A DNA stretch of 50,820 bases from Clostridia bacterium (lineage in GTDB: Bacteria; Bacillota; Clostridia; Christensenellales; Borkfalkiaceae). Of this stretch, positions 17,008 to 25,209 are shown in pieces. Both the position numbers and the translations under genes were made by a program. Under the pieces are notes generated by a model that was not told where the DNA came from, ran no database searches, and saw only the letters and a list, made by a program, of their open reading frames with translations. The stretch spans positions 1 to 50,820 of the forward strand of contig JAFVCP010000024.1 in the NCBI GenBank assembly GCA_017479185.1. The letters are read 5' to 3'. Within the stretch, counting starts at the first letter, position 1. Every line of letters begins with the position of its first letter.

Positions 17008-17292
17008 TTACTTTTTCTGAGTTTTCATACTTTGACAAAAACTTTCTTTTTTTTCGTCGATAACCGCTTTATCGGCGGGCTTCGGTTGATAATAACCTTC
17101 ATTTTGCATCGCGTTGAAAATGGTCTGTTGGTCTTCCGCTGTTTCGAACATATTGGTTTTGAAAGTCTTTTTCACCTCTTTCGCGACCGCTTCGGTTATT
17201 CCGCTTCCGTAAAGTTTAACGAGATCTTTTTCTCCCGTTAAAATATCCGTCAACACGTCTTTTTCGTTCAATACGTTTTCGCTTTTTTTCAT
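17008..17292 (-). CDS. spore coat protein, CotF-like (Coat_F domain)
   Basis: 94 aa. The pattern LNEKDVLTDILTGEKDLVKLYGSGITEA...FNAMQNEGYY resembles the Coat_F family. Confidence 0.6.
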   Translation of the reverse strand: MKKSENVLNEKDVLTDILTGEKDLVKLYGSGITEAVAKEVKKTFKTNMFETAEDQQTIFNAMQNEGYYQPKPADKAVIDEKKESFCQSMKTQKK

Positions 17293-17304
17293 TTTTCTAC
17301 CTCC

Positions 17305-17493
17305 TTATCCCAAAAGCGCCAAAAGAGCGTTAAATCTCTTTTCGTGATTATCGGCAACGGTTTGCATATCTTTCGCGAGTTCCCGATTGTCGAGCGATTT
17401 CGAATACGCTCTCGCCTTTTTACATACGTTTTCTTCGAGCGTGAGAAGGTCGGAAATATAATCGACCTCTTTTGCAGTCAATTTGGGTTGCAT
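17305..17493 (-). CDS. small helical protein co-transcribed with the CotF-like gene
   Basis: Start taken at MQPKLTAKE, with AAGGAGG 10 nt upstream. No recognisable family. Confidence 0.5.
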   Translation of the reverse strand: MQPKLTAKEVDYISDLLTLEENVCKKARAYSKSLDNRELAKDMQTVADNHEKRFNALLALLG

Positions 17494-17563
17494 AAAAAAA
17501 TTACCTCCTTTTCCCAAAACGCCGTTTGGTTACGAAGATAATTCTTTACTTGTTTTTATCTTT

Positions 17564-18001
17564 TTATACCTTTATTTTCATTCGGGCAAGCCAACTCAGA
17601 TCGGTCGCCCATTCGGGTACGAGATTTCTTCGTCGGTGAACCATATTCGCCTCTCCGAGCGCCTTTCTGTAATCGGCGTAAGAACAGTTATTCACCTTCA
17701 TAAAGTGGCTTATAGCGCGATCTTCGTCGCCCATAAGTTGCGTCCTGCCGATATGTATAACGCAATGACAGTCGTGGCAAACGGCTATAACGTCTTCGAG
17801 TTTTTGTATGCCGAGCCTTTCGTCGTAACTCCACCTTTCGTGCGCTTCGAGCCTTTTCGCGGGCGCTCCGCAGATCATACATTTGCCTTCCGCCCGTTTA
17901 TACGCGTCAAATCTTATCTTATCCCAATCGGATTTTTTTAGCGCGCTCCTTAAATTGGAATACCAGCACCCGTCCGGCACTATTTCAAATTCGAGTTTCA
18001 T
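17564..18001 (-). CDS. HNH endonuclease-family protein
   Basis: 145 aa with CxxC ... AHERW ... CHDCHCVIH, i.e. an HNH/zinc pattern. Confidence 0.7.
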   Translation of the reverse strand: MKLEFEIVPDGCWYSNLRSALKKSDWDKIRFDAYKRAEGKCMICGAPAKRLEAHERWSYDERLGIQKLEDVIAVCHDCHCVIHIGRTQLMGDEDRAISHFMKVNNCSYADYRKALGEANMVHRRRNLVPEWATDLSWLARMKIKV

Positions 18002-18002
18002 A

Positions 18003-18827
18003 TCAATCGACGTTTAAATTTTCTACGATTTTTTTGCTCAGACAATACCACAATACGGAAACTCCCGCGAGTAAAAGTATAAATCCCCCGACAACTATTG
18101 CCAAACCCTCCCTTGCGTCAGCCGTCGAAAAATTAACGTTTCCTATCAACATAACGAAAATCGTCGATAAAAGAATGCTCTCGACGTGTTCTATCAAAAA
18201 TATAAACAATATCGTCGCCCCGATTTTGAATTTTTTAGCCAACTTAGTTGCGAGAAGTATCGCGAAACATAATTGCAGGCACTCAAAAACGATTAAAACA
18301 AGCGCGCCGAATATGATCTCGATCAAAATCAACCAATCGATAAAGTCCGAATAATTAAAATAATATTCGCCGACGTATTCTCCAAATTGCATAAGGGGGC
18401 TTACCGTACCTATCGCGGAGATTGCTTCGTAGACGATAAAATTGATCGTTAGCGCAACGGCACTTATCGCGATCCAACAAAGCAGAGATAAAAATCTCGA
18501 TTTATATTACGTAACGTTATCCGACGGCAAAGTAAACGTAAGATACGCCGCGTCGGTCGCGATCGACTTATAAAACCTTAAAAAAACGATTATGGATTGC
18601 GCGAGAAAAATTATTACCAACGCCATCGGACTCATTCCCGCTATCATAGATTGAAGTATTCTTACGGTATAATTATAGGTCGGTCCCTCGTTCAACCTCT
18701 CCGCGAGAGCGTACATAAATTTATTCACCCCTCCGAGGGCAAGCGACGCTAAAAGCCCGACGGCAAGAGTTATAAGCATCGTCTTTAAAACAGATTTGAA
18801 TTCGTGTTTGAATACCTTTAAAAACAT
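18003..18827 (-). pseudogene. ABC-2-type transporter permease interrupted by one in-frame TAA (18507-18509)
   Basis: The 18507-18827 and 18003-18392 ORFs are in the same frame. Hand translation of 18393-18506 is open (YKSRFLSLLCWIAISAVALTINFIVYEAISAIGTVSPL). A single TAA separates ...TFTLPSDNVT from YKSRFLS... Confidence 0.6.
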
Positions 18828-19516
18828 CTGAACGCCTCCCTGAACAATCCGTCGACGGTTTTCCCTTGATCGTGTATATCTTTCACGCTTCCGTAAGCCG
18901 TAAGTTTATTGTTCTGAACGAAAATGTATTCGTCGAGTATTTCCTCGACGTCCAAAATGAGGTGCGTAGAAACAATAATGGTCGAACCGTCTTTATATTT
19001 GGCGAGTATCGCGTTTAAAATAAACTCTCTCGCCGCGGGATCGACTCCGCCGAGCGGCTCGTCGAGAAGAAACAACTTGGCGTTTCTCGACATTACCAAT
19101 ATCAGTTGAACTTTTTCCTTGGTGCCTTTGGATAAAGTCCTCAATTTCGCCCTCTTGTCCACGCCGAGCGTTTCGAGCATTCCGTAAGCCTTGTTTTCGT
19201 CGAAATCTTCGTAAAATTCTTTAAAAAAGTCTATCGACTCCTCGACCGTGGACGACATATCGAGATAAGTTCTTTCGGGGAGAAAAGAAACGACTTTTTT
19301 CGTTTCGCCACCGACTTTTTTCCCGTCTATAAAGACTTCTCCTCCGTCAATTTTCAAAAGTCCGGCAAGGCATTTCAGAAAAGTCGTCTTTCCGCTGCCG
19401 TTAGGACCCAAAAGTCCTATTATCTTTCCGCCGCCGACGTTAATGCTCACGTTGTCAAGCGCCGTGTATTTTCCGTATCGCTTGGTAAGATTTTTGACTT
19501 CGAGAATATTTCCCAT
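18818..19516 (-). CDS. ABC transporter ATP-binding protein
   Basis: Walker A GPNGSGKTT, signature LSKGTKEKV, Walker B LFLLDEP. Start taken at MGNILEV (AGGGAG SD). It overlaps the permease start by 10 nt. Confidence 0.9.
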   Translation of the reverse strand: MGNILEVKNLTKRYGKYTALDNVSINVGGGKIIGLLGPNGSGKTTFLKCLAGLLKIDGGEVFIDGKKVGGETKKVVSFLPERTYLDMSSTVEESIDFFKEFYEDFDENKAYGMLETLGVDKRAKLRTLSKGTKEKVQLILVMSRNAKLFLLDEPLGGVDPAAREFILNAILAKYKDGSTIIVSTHLILDVEEILDEYIFVQNNKLTAYGSVKDIHDQGKTVDGLFREAFRCF

Positions 19517-19560
19517 TGATTTTAACTCCCTATTATATTTAATGATCGACCTATACGCGG

Positions 19561-20286
19561 TCATTTCGTTTCAGTTTCCACTTCGGCGCGGAAAATTTCC
19601 TTTCCCTCGCTTAAACATTTCAACGAATACTTACCTTCCTTTTTAAAATAAAAAATTTTAAATTCGCTCCTCGCCTGCATTTCGTGGATATAATCTATTT
19701 CCACGCTTTTTATTTCCTCGTTTTTTTCGAGATCCAAGGCGTTAAGTATATAATCGGCGTATTTTATGTTGTTGACGTGTCCGTTATGATCGAGGTCGCC
19801 GAATTGACTTCTTCCCTCGTAAACCTCGCAATTTTCTTCCGAAAAATCCTTTATCTTTTTTATTCCGTCGGGGTAGACTTTTCTGTCGACGTATTCAGTA
19901 TCGTTGTATTGCACTTCGTTACCGAAAAGTATTCTTCTCGTAACGAAATTACACACGCACCACTTCGACGAACCTTTGACTAAAACTTCTCCGTCTTTTG
20001 AAGTGATGAGATAATCTCTGTCAAAATCTCCTCTTCCCCTTTCGTGCGGCCACGTTACAGCGGTAACTTCGGAATATAGTTCGGGGTTTTTAACGACGTC
20101 GAATTTATTTCTCAATAACACCCATATTATATCTTTTTTTATAAGGTCGTTATAACCCACCCCTATTTCGTCGGCGTGCTGTCCCGCCACGTCCTGAAAC
20201 AAATCGAGAACGGCGGAAGGACGCAGGCGATCGTAACAATCGAAATCCGAAACCCTTAAAAGGTAATTCTTTTTAAATTCGAGCAT
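19561..20286 (-). CDS. acyl-ACP thioesterase
   Basis: 241 aa with a double hot-dog pattern typical of the bacterial FatA/B-like thioesterase family. Confidence 0.7.
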   Translation of the reverse strand: MLEFKKNYLLRVSDFDCYDRLRPSAVLDLFQDVAGQHADEIGVGYNDLIKKDIIWVLLRNKFDVVKNPELYSEVTAVTWPHERGRGDFDRDYLITSKDGEVLVKGSSKWCVCNFVTRRILFGNEVQYNDTEYVDRKVYPDGIKKIKDFSEENCEVYEGRSQFGDLDHNGHVNNIKYADYILNALDLEKNEEIKSVEIDYIHEMQARSEFKIFYFKKEGKYSLKCLSEGKEIFRAEVETETK

Positions 20287-20292
20287 AATTTT

Positions 20293-21789
20293 TCAGTAAA
20301 GCAAAATCGCTTTGTCGGAAACCTCCATTGCTTTATTGTTATCTCCTTTTATAAGGAAAAAATGTTGATGATAAGTCTTATGAGGAATAATATATATCCT
20401 TTTGCCTTTAAATATTTGATCGATGTCTTTTTTCAAGACGTTTTTCGCGAGAATATACTCCGCTATCTCTACGTTCATATCCACGACCGCGTTATCATAC
20501 CCGTCGGCGAACAGGTCGAGAAGAGCCGTCCTTATCCTCATCACGGTATAATCGTTCGAATGAATGGTCCCGGAGCCTTGACAATACGGGCAAGGTTTTA
20601 AAAGCATTGAAACGCTTTCCCTTCTTTTTTTCTTTCTCGTTATCTCTACCAAACCCAAACCCGTCATTCCGCCAACGTTGCAACGTTCGCGGTCGTCCGA
20701 AACGGCGTTGCGAAGAACTTCGATCACTTTTTCTCTGTGTCCTTCGTCGTACATATCGATGAAATCCACGATTATTATGCCGGAAATGTTTCTCAGGCGA
20801 AGTTGTCTTGCGATCTCTTCCGCCGCCAAAATATTAGTATTGAAAACGGTATCTTCAAGATTGTCGTTTCCGACGTAACTTCCGGTATTTACGTCGATGA
20901 CGGTCAAAGCCTCAGTTTTATCTATTACGAGATAAGCCCCGTTATTGAGAGAAACTCTGTTCCCGAGCAGTTTGTCGACCTCTGCGTCCAGCCCGTAATT
21001 GGCGAACATATCTCTCTTTTTGTCGTAAAACAGCAGTTTGCTCTTTAATTTTCCGCCCACTCCCGAGGCGTACTTCTTGATTTTTTCGAAAATTTCATTA
21101 TCCGACACTACGACTTTTTCGACTTCGTCCGAATAAACGTCGCGTATAAGGCGAAAAGCGAGATTTCCCTCTTCGTACACGCAGGAAGGAGCGTCGCCAT
21201 GTTCGTACACGTTCTCTATTTCCTTAAACATTTTAACGAGAAAACGAATTTCACGTTTTATTTCCGACTTGTTGGTTCCCGCGCCCGCAGTCCTTATTAT
21301 GATCCCTTGCCCTTTGGGACGAAGTCCTTCGGCGACTTTTAAAAGCCTTTCCCTTTCTCCTTCGTCGGTAACCTTTCTCGAGATCCCGACGAAATCGACG
21401 GTGGGCATATAGACGACGTATCTCCCCGCGAAAGAAAGATTTGTCGTCAAGCGGACGCCCTTATTTCCCGCAGGATCTTTTACCGCCTGCACCATTATCT
21501 CCTCGCCCTCTTTGAGAGAGGAAATATCGGGCAGATCGATCTTTCCTTCGAGTTCGGCGCGATCCATAAGCATATCGTCCGCCGAAAGATAGCCGTTTCG
21601 TTCAAGCCCGACGTTTATAAACGCCGCCTGCATACCCGAAAGGACGTTTTCGACTTTTCCCTTGAAAACGCTACCGATAGCGACCGTCTTGTCCTTTTTT
21701 TCGATCCTGTATTCAATAAGTTTATTACCGTCGGCGACCGCGCCGACGTAGTTTCCCCCGAAACTGTCGATATAAATACTTACAGACAT
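20293..21789 (-). CDS. rng: Rne/Rng-family ribonuclease (RNase G-like)
   Basis: 498 aa with an N-terminal S1 domain (GSVFKGKVENVLSGMQAAFINVG) and an RNase E/G catalytic core including a CPYCQGSG zinc link. Confidence 0.85.
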   Translation of the reverse strand: MSVSIYIDSFGGNYVGAVADGNKLIEYRIEKKDKTVAIGSVFKGKVENVLSGMQAAFINVGLERNGYLSADDMLMDRAELEGKIDLPDISSLKEGEEIMVQAVKDPAGNKGVRLTTNLSFAGRYVVYMPTVDFVGISRKVTDEGERERLLKVAEGLRPKGQGIIIRTAGAGTNKSEIKREIRFLVKMFKEIENVYEHGDAPSCVYEEGNLAFRLIRDVYSDEVEKVVVSDNEIFEKIKKYASGVGGKLKSKLLFYDKKRDMFANYGLDAEVDKLLGNRVSLNNGAYLVIDKTEALTVIDVNTGSYVGNDNLEDTVFNTNILAAEEIARQLRLRNISGIIIVDFIDMYDEGHREKVIEVLRNAVSDDRERCNVGGMTGLGLVEITRKKKRRESVSMLLKPCPYCQGSGTIHSNDYTVMRIRTALLDLFADGYDNAVVDMNVEIAEYILAKNVLKKDIDQIFKGKRIYIIPHKTYHQHFFLIKGDNNKAMEVSDKAILLY

Positions 21790-22403
21790 ATATTTTTCAG
21801 AATATTTTCAAACGGAGTTCCGTCTTCAATAAGCGCCTCCTCTTTGGTTATATCTATATCTCCGCCGCCGTACCTCTCCTTTAAGGCCGAGGCGAATTTT
21901 TCAGCCCTTAATCCATTTCCGAAACCCAAGACGCAAACGAGATCTTCGCCATCCCGTTCTACGGAATAAATCAAATCCTTTACGTCTTTCTCTCTTCCTT
22001 CTCTATCGGTTATTATAAACGACTCTCCGCTCGTAATATCTTCTTCCGGGAATTTTTCAAGCCCTTTGATCCTGTACTTTGCCTTTACTATATCGCTCGC
22101 GACGCCGACTTTTTTTGGCGTTTCCCACGCGCCTAAGCATTTTATCCCTTTCGGGGAATGTTCGTTGAATTTTTTCTTGAAATCTTCCGCTTTCTCGTCC
22201 GTGTCCACCACGCAATATTCGGACAAACTCTTCATTCCAACGCCTATCGGCGCCGACATATATATAAGTTTATGCGGATGATACCCCTGCGAATACCCCA
22301 CCTTTATGCCCGCTCTCGTAAACGAGCGCCCGAGATGCCTTAGAACGTCGAGATGAGAAACGTATTCCGCTCCGTAAATTTTCGTATATCTGAATAAAAT
22401 CAT
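21780..22403 (-). CDS. radical SAM-linked protein (TIGR03936/DUF2344-type)
   Basis: Start taken at MILFRYTKIYGAEYVSHLDVLR, a typical family N-terminus. There is an ATGA overlap with the upstream radical SAM gene. Confidence 0.7.
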   Translation of the reverse strand: MILFRYTKIYGAEYVSHLDVLRHLGRSFTRAGIKVGYSQGYHPHKLIYMSAPIGVGMKSLSEYCVVDTDEKAEDFKKKFNEHSPKGIKCLGAWETPKKVGVASDIVKAKYRIKGLEKFPEEDITSGESFIITDREGREKDVKDLIYSVERDGEDLVCVLGFGNGLRAEKFASALKERYGGGDIDITKEEALIEDGTPFENILKNICL

Positions 22404-24181
22404 ACGTCGCACCTGTATACTTTTTGTATTCCGCAACCTTTACAGCCGCCCTTACAACTTCCCGTAACCTCGGCGTTATACGCCTTCTTTCTCTCTTTAA
22501 GCAAGAATTTTTTATCCACGAACACGTCGACGAGATCCCACGGAAGAATTTCGTCCTCTCCCCATTCGCGGGTATAAAATCTCTTATTAAGTCCCGCTTC
22601 CTCAAAGGCTTCGTTCCATTCTTTAGGTTTAAAATAGTCAGTCCAACCGTCGAAATAACATCCTTTTTTATATGCGAATTCGATAACCTTTCCCAGCCTT
22701 CTGTCCCCTCTTGCGAGAACCGCTTCCATTTCGGAAAGTTCGAAATCGTTCCAACTCAAATAGGTGTTTCTGCTGAAAAGTCGGCTTCTTAAAAGTTCGA
22801 CTTTATGTTTTACGTCGTCGGCAGTTATCTGCGCTTCCCATTGAAATGGGGTGAACGGTTTAGGAATAAAGGTGGACGCGCTTACGCTTATCCTTAAACT
22901 TCTCGCCCTCGACGGGTTTGCCGAATAAATTTTGCGTATCCTGTCCACTATGTCGCAAATACCCAATACGTCCTCGTCGGTTTCGGTGGGAAGTCCGAAC
23001 ATAAAATAAAGTTTTATGCCCGTATACCCCATATCGAACGCCATATTGAGACCTCTCTCGACGTCGTCCTCGGTAATATCTTTATTTATGACGTTCCGAA
23101 GCCTTTGCGTACCCGCTTCGGGAGCGAAAGTAAGCGAATTTTTCTTGCTTTCCTGAACGAACTCTCCGTCGAAACTGTCGAGGCGAAGAGAGGGGAGCGC
23201 GAGTTTGGTTTCCTCGGGCAAACTTTTTTTCAATTTGTCTATAAGTTCTTTCAAATAGGGATAATCCCCCGTGGAAAGACTGTTCAATCCCAATTCGTCG
23301 AAACCCGTATTTTTGATAAGGTCGGTCGCCTGTTCCACGAGAGTATCGGGCATTCTCGGGCGGACGGGGCGATATATAAATCCCGCCTGACAAAATCTGC
23401 AACCCCTGTAACACCCTCTCATAACTTCTATGACCGCCCTGTCGAAAACGCTTTCGCAGTTGGGAACCAACATTTTATGTGGAAACACGCCCTTGTCGAG
23501 ATCGCGGCAAAGCGCTTTTTTTATGGGCTTTTCGAGCGAAAACCCCGATATAGTTCCGTTTTCGTTATATTTTACTTCGACAAGAGAGGGAACGTAAACT
23601 CCCTGTATCTCCGTCGCTCTTTTTAAAAATTTCCTTTTGTCAGGACAAGAAAGCCTGAGTTCGGCGAGTTCTCTCATACTGTCCTCGCCGTCGCCGATCA
23701 CGAAAATATCGACGAAATCGGCAAGAGGTTCGGGGTTTACGGCGCAAGGTCCGCCCGCCTGAATTATGGGATACTCGTCCCCTCGCTCCTCTCTTTTAAG
23801 GGGTATACCGCCGAGATCGAGCATATACAAAATAGTCGTATAACTCATTTCGTATTGCAGGGTAAACCCTATCATATCGAAATCTTTAAGAGGCATTTTC
23901 ATACCGAGTGAATACAGATACGCCCCCGCGTTTTTGAGTTCTTTACCGAAATCCGGCCACGGAGCGCAGCATCTGTCGCAACTTACCCCGTCCACCGAGT
24001 TTAACGCTTCGGAAACTATACGAAGGCTCAAATTGCTCATCGCCACTTCGTAAACGTCGGGAAAACAAAGGCAATAATTGAGTTTGTTCGGTTTAAGATC
24101 TCTTTCTCCGTATTCTCCGCCTATATATCTGGAAGGCTTTTCCACTCTCTTTAAAATTTCGTCAAGTCCTTTGATCTCCAT
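22400..24181 (-). CDS. B12-binding-domain radical SAM protein (TIGR03960-type)
   Basis: CxxxCxxC motif (GCYRGCRFCQAG). The N-terminus KPSRYIGGEYG is typical. Start taken at MEIKGLDE; the ORF track extends to 24244. Confidence 0.8.
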   Translation of the reverse strand: MEIKGLDEILKRVEKPSRYIGGEYGERDLKPNKLNYCLCFPDVYEVAMSNLSLRIVSEALNSVDGVSCDRCCAPWPDFGKELKNAGAYLYSLGMKMPLKDFDMIGFTLQYEMSYTTILYMLDLGGIPLKREERGDEYPIIQAGGPCAVNPEPLADFVDIFVIGDGEDSMRELAELRLSCPDKRKFLKRATEIQGVYVPSLVEVKYNENGTISGFSLEKPIKKALCRDLDKGVFPHKMLVPNCESVFDRAVIEVMRGCYRGCRFCQAGFIYRPVRPRMPDTLVEQATDLIKNTGFDELGLNSLSTGDYPYLKELIDKLKKSLPEETKLALPSLRLDSFDGEFVQESKKNSLTFAPEAGTQRLRNVINKDITEDDVERGLNMAFDMGYTGIKLYFMFGLPTETDEDVLGICDIVDRIRKIYSANPSRARSLRISVSASTFIPKPFTPFQWEAQITADDVKHKVELLRSRLFSRNTYLSWNDFELSEMEAVLARGDRRLGKVIEFAYKKGCYFDGWTDYFKPKEWNEAFEEAGLNKRFYTREWGEDEILPWDLVDVFVDKKFLLKERKKAYNAEVTGSCKGGCKGCGIQKVYRCDV

Positions 24182-24265
24182 AAAACTCTCTGCCCTAACT
24201 CCAATTCTACCATAATCCCGGTTTTTTTGCAATACCCACGACAAAATTCGCGAGAAAAAACGCTT

Positions 24266-24835
24266 TTAAATAAAAGAAGTTATAAATATTTCCAATCCTA
24301 TCGCGATAAGGATCATTCCGCCTAAAATTTGCGCCTTATTCCCGAGTTTGGTCCCGAACTTACGCCCTATATAAACCGAACCGAGAGAAAGGAAAAAGGT
24401 TATCACGGCTATTATCGTCGCGCTCACTATCGCGCCCGCGACCGTAAAGTCAGCCATCGTCAAGCCGACCGACAACGCGTCGATAGAAGTCGCGATCGCC
24501 TGAAGAAAAAGCGTCCAAAGAGTGAGATCTCCGCTTTTACTTTCTTCTTTACCCTTTACGCCTTCGAAAATTGTTTTCCCGCCGAGAAAGCCAAGCAGGA
24601 TAAGGGCGATCCAAGGAATAAATTTTTCTATGTGTTTTACGACGGAATATCCGACGGCAAATCCGAGCATCGGCATTATCGCCTGAAAAAGCCCGAAAAA
24701 AAACGCGATGAGAATAACTTTTCCCGTTTTCATTGCGGGATGATTAAAACCGTTAGCCATAGAAACAGCGCACGCGTCCATCGCAAGCCCGACGCCCAAC
24801 GCGATATTTCTGACAAAAAATTCAACGCTCCACAT
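24266..24835 (-). CDS. mntP: manganese efflux pump MntP
   Basis: Two-repeat membrane protein with the LAMDACAVS and SIDALSVG motifs. Start taken at MWSVEFF; the ORF track's 32 upstream codons cover the leader hairpin. Confidence 0.8.
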   Translation of the reverse strand: MWSVEFFVRNIALGVGLAMDACAVSMANGFNHPAMKTGKVILIAFFFGLFQAIMPMLGFAVGYSVVKHIEKFIPWIALILLGFLGGKTIFEGVKGKEESKSGDLTLWTLFLQAIATSIDALSVGLTMADFTVAGAIVSATIIAVITFFLSLGSVYIGRKFGTKLGNKAQILGGMILIAIGLEIFITSFI

Positions 24836-24857
24836 TACAATTTCAAAAACCCCGCTT

Positions 24858-24887
24858 AAAATGGACTTACCCCCGTAAGTCCATTTT
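24858..24887 (-). promoter_or_regulatory. 13-bp leader hairpin (terminator-like) 22 nt upstream of the mntP ATG
   Basis: On the minus strand: AAAAUGGACUUAC-GGGG-GUAAGUCCAUUUU, then AAGCGGGGUUUUUG. Confidence 0.5.
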
Positions 24888-24925
24888 ATTGTATCATATT
24901 TTTTTTTATAATGCAAGCCTAGGAT

Positions 24926-25043
24926 TAACATACCCTATCAATAGTTTTTTTAAGGGGCAATAAAGCGGTTAATGCTTTGTTAAAGCCCTTGCCAATACGA
25001 AAGTATTGCCTGCGGTCTTTGCCTCGCCTTAACGGGTATGTTA
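24926..25043. promoter_or_regulatory. structured multi-helix element upstream of mntP (riboswitch candidate, class unresolved)
   Basis: Nested perfect helices: TAACATACCC/GGGTATGTTA, TTAAGG/CCTTAA and GGCAA/TTGCC. Two hairpins: GCTTT-GTT-AAAGC and CAATAC-GAAA-GTATTG. Confidence 0.4.
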
Positions 25044-25209
25044 TTCCGAAATTATTTTTATTATTCAGGGGCGCTTTCTTGCCCCTCAAAATGTCAGCAC
25101 CGAAAAGAGCGTATTTTTTGATGATTTTTATCGAGCGTGAGCGAAGTCGTACTTTCGTACTACAAGCGAACGGTCGAAAAAAAAGGCAAAAAAGACTCCT
25201 TTTCGGAAA

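Noticed and set aside
15588-18509. Genome-wide stop codon reassignment (TAG or TAA read as sense) as the explanation for the two in-frame stops
   Set aside because: All other ~50 genes in the window, including long ones such as secA, pheT and recG, are uninterrupted by in-frame stop codons. The track ORFs whose ends I inspected terminate at TAA, TAG or TGA. Two isolated events involving two different stop codons fit mutation, sequencing error or local read-through better.
24836-24931. N-terminal 32-codon extension of mntP in the ORF track (MLILGLHYKKKYDTIKWTYGGKSILSGVFEIV)
   Set aside because: The extension covers the 13-bp leader hairpin and a promoter-like region. MntP homologs start close to the first TM/MDA motif, which fits the MWSVEFF start. 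Similar spurious N-terminal extensions were trimmed for yloV, galE, comFC, the ABC ATPase, the DtxR-family gene and the radical SAM genes.
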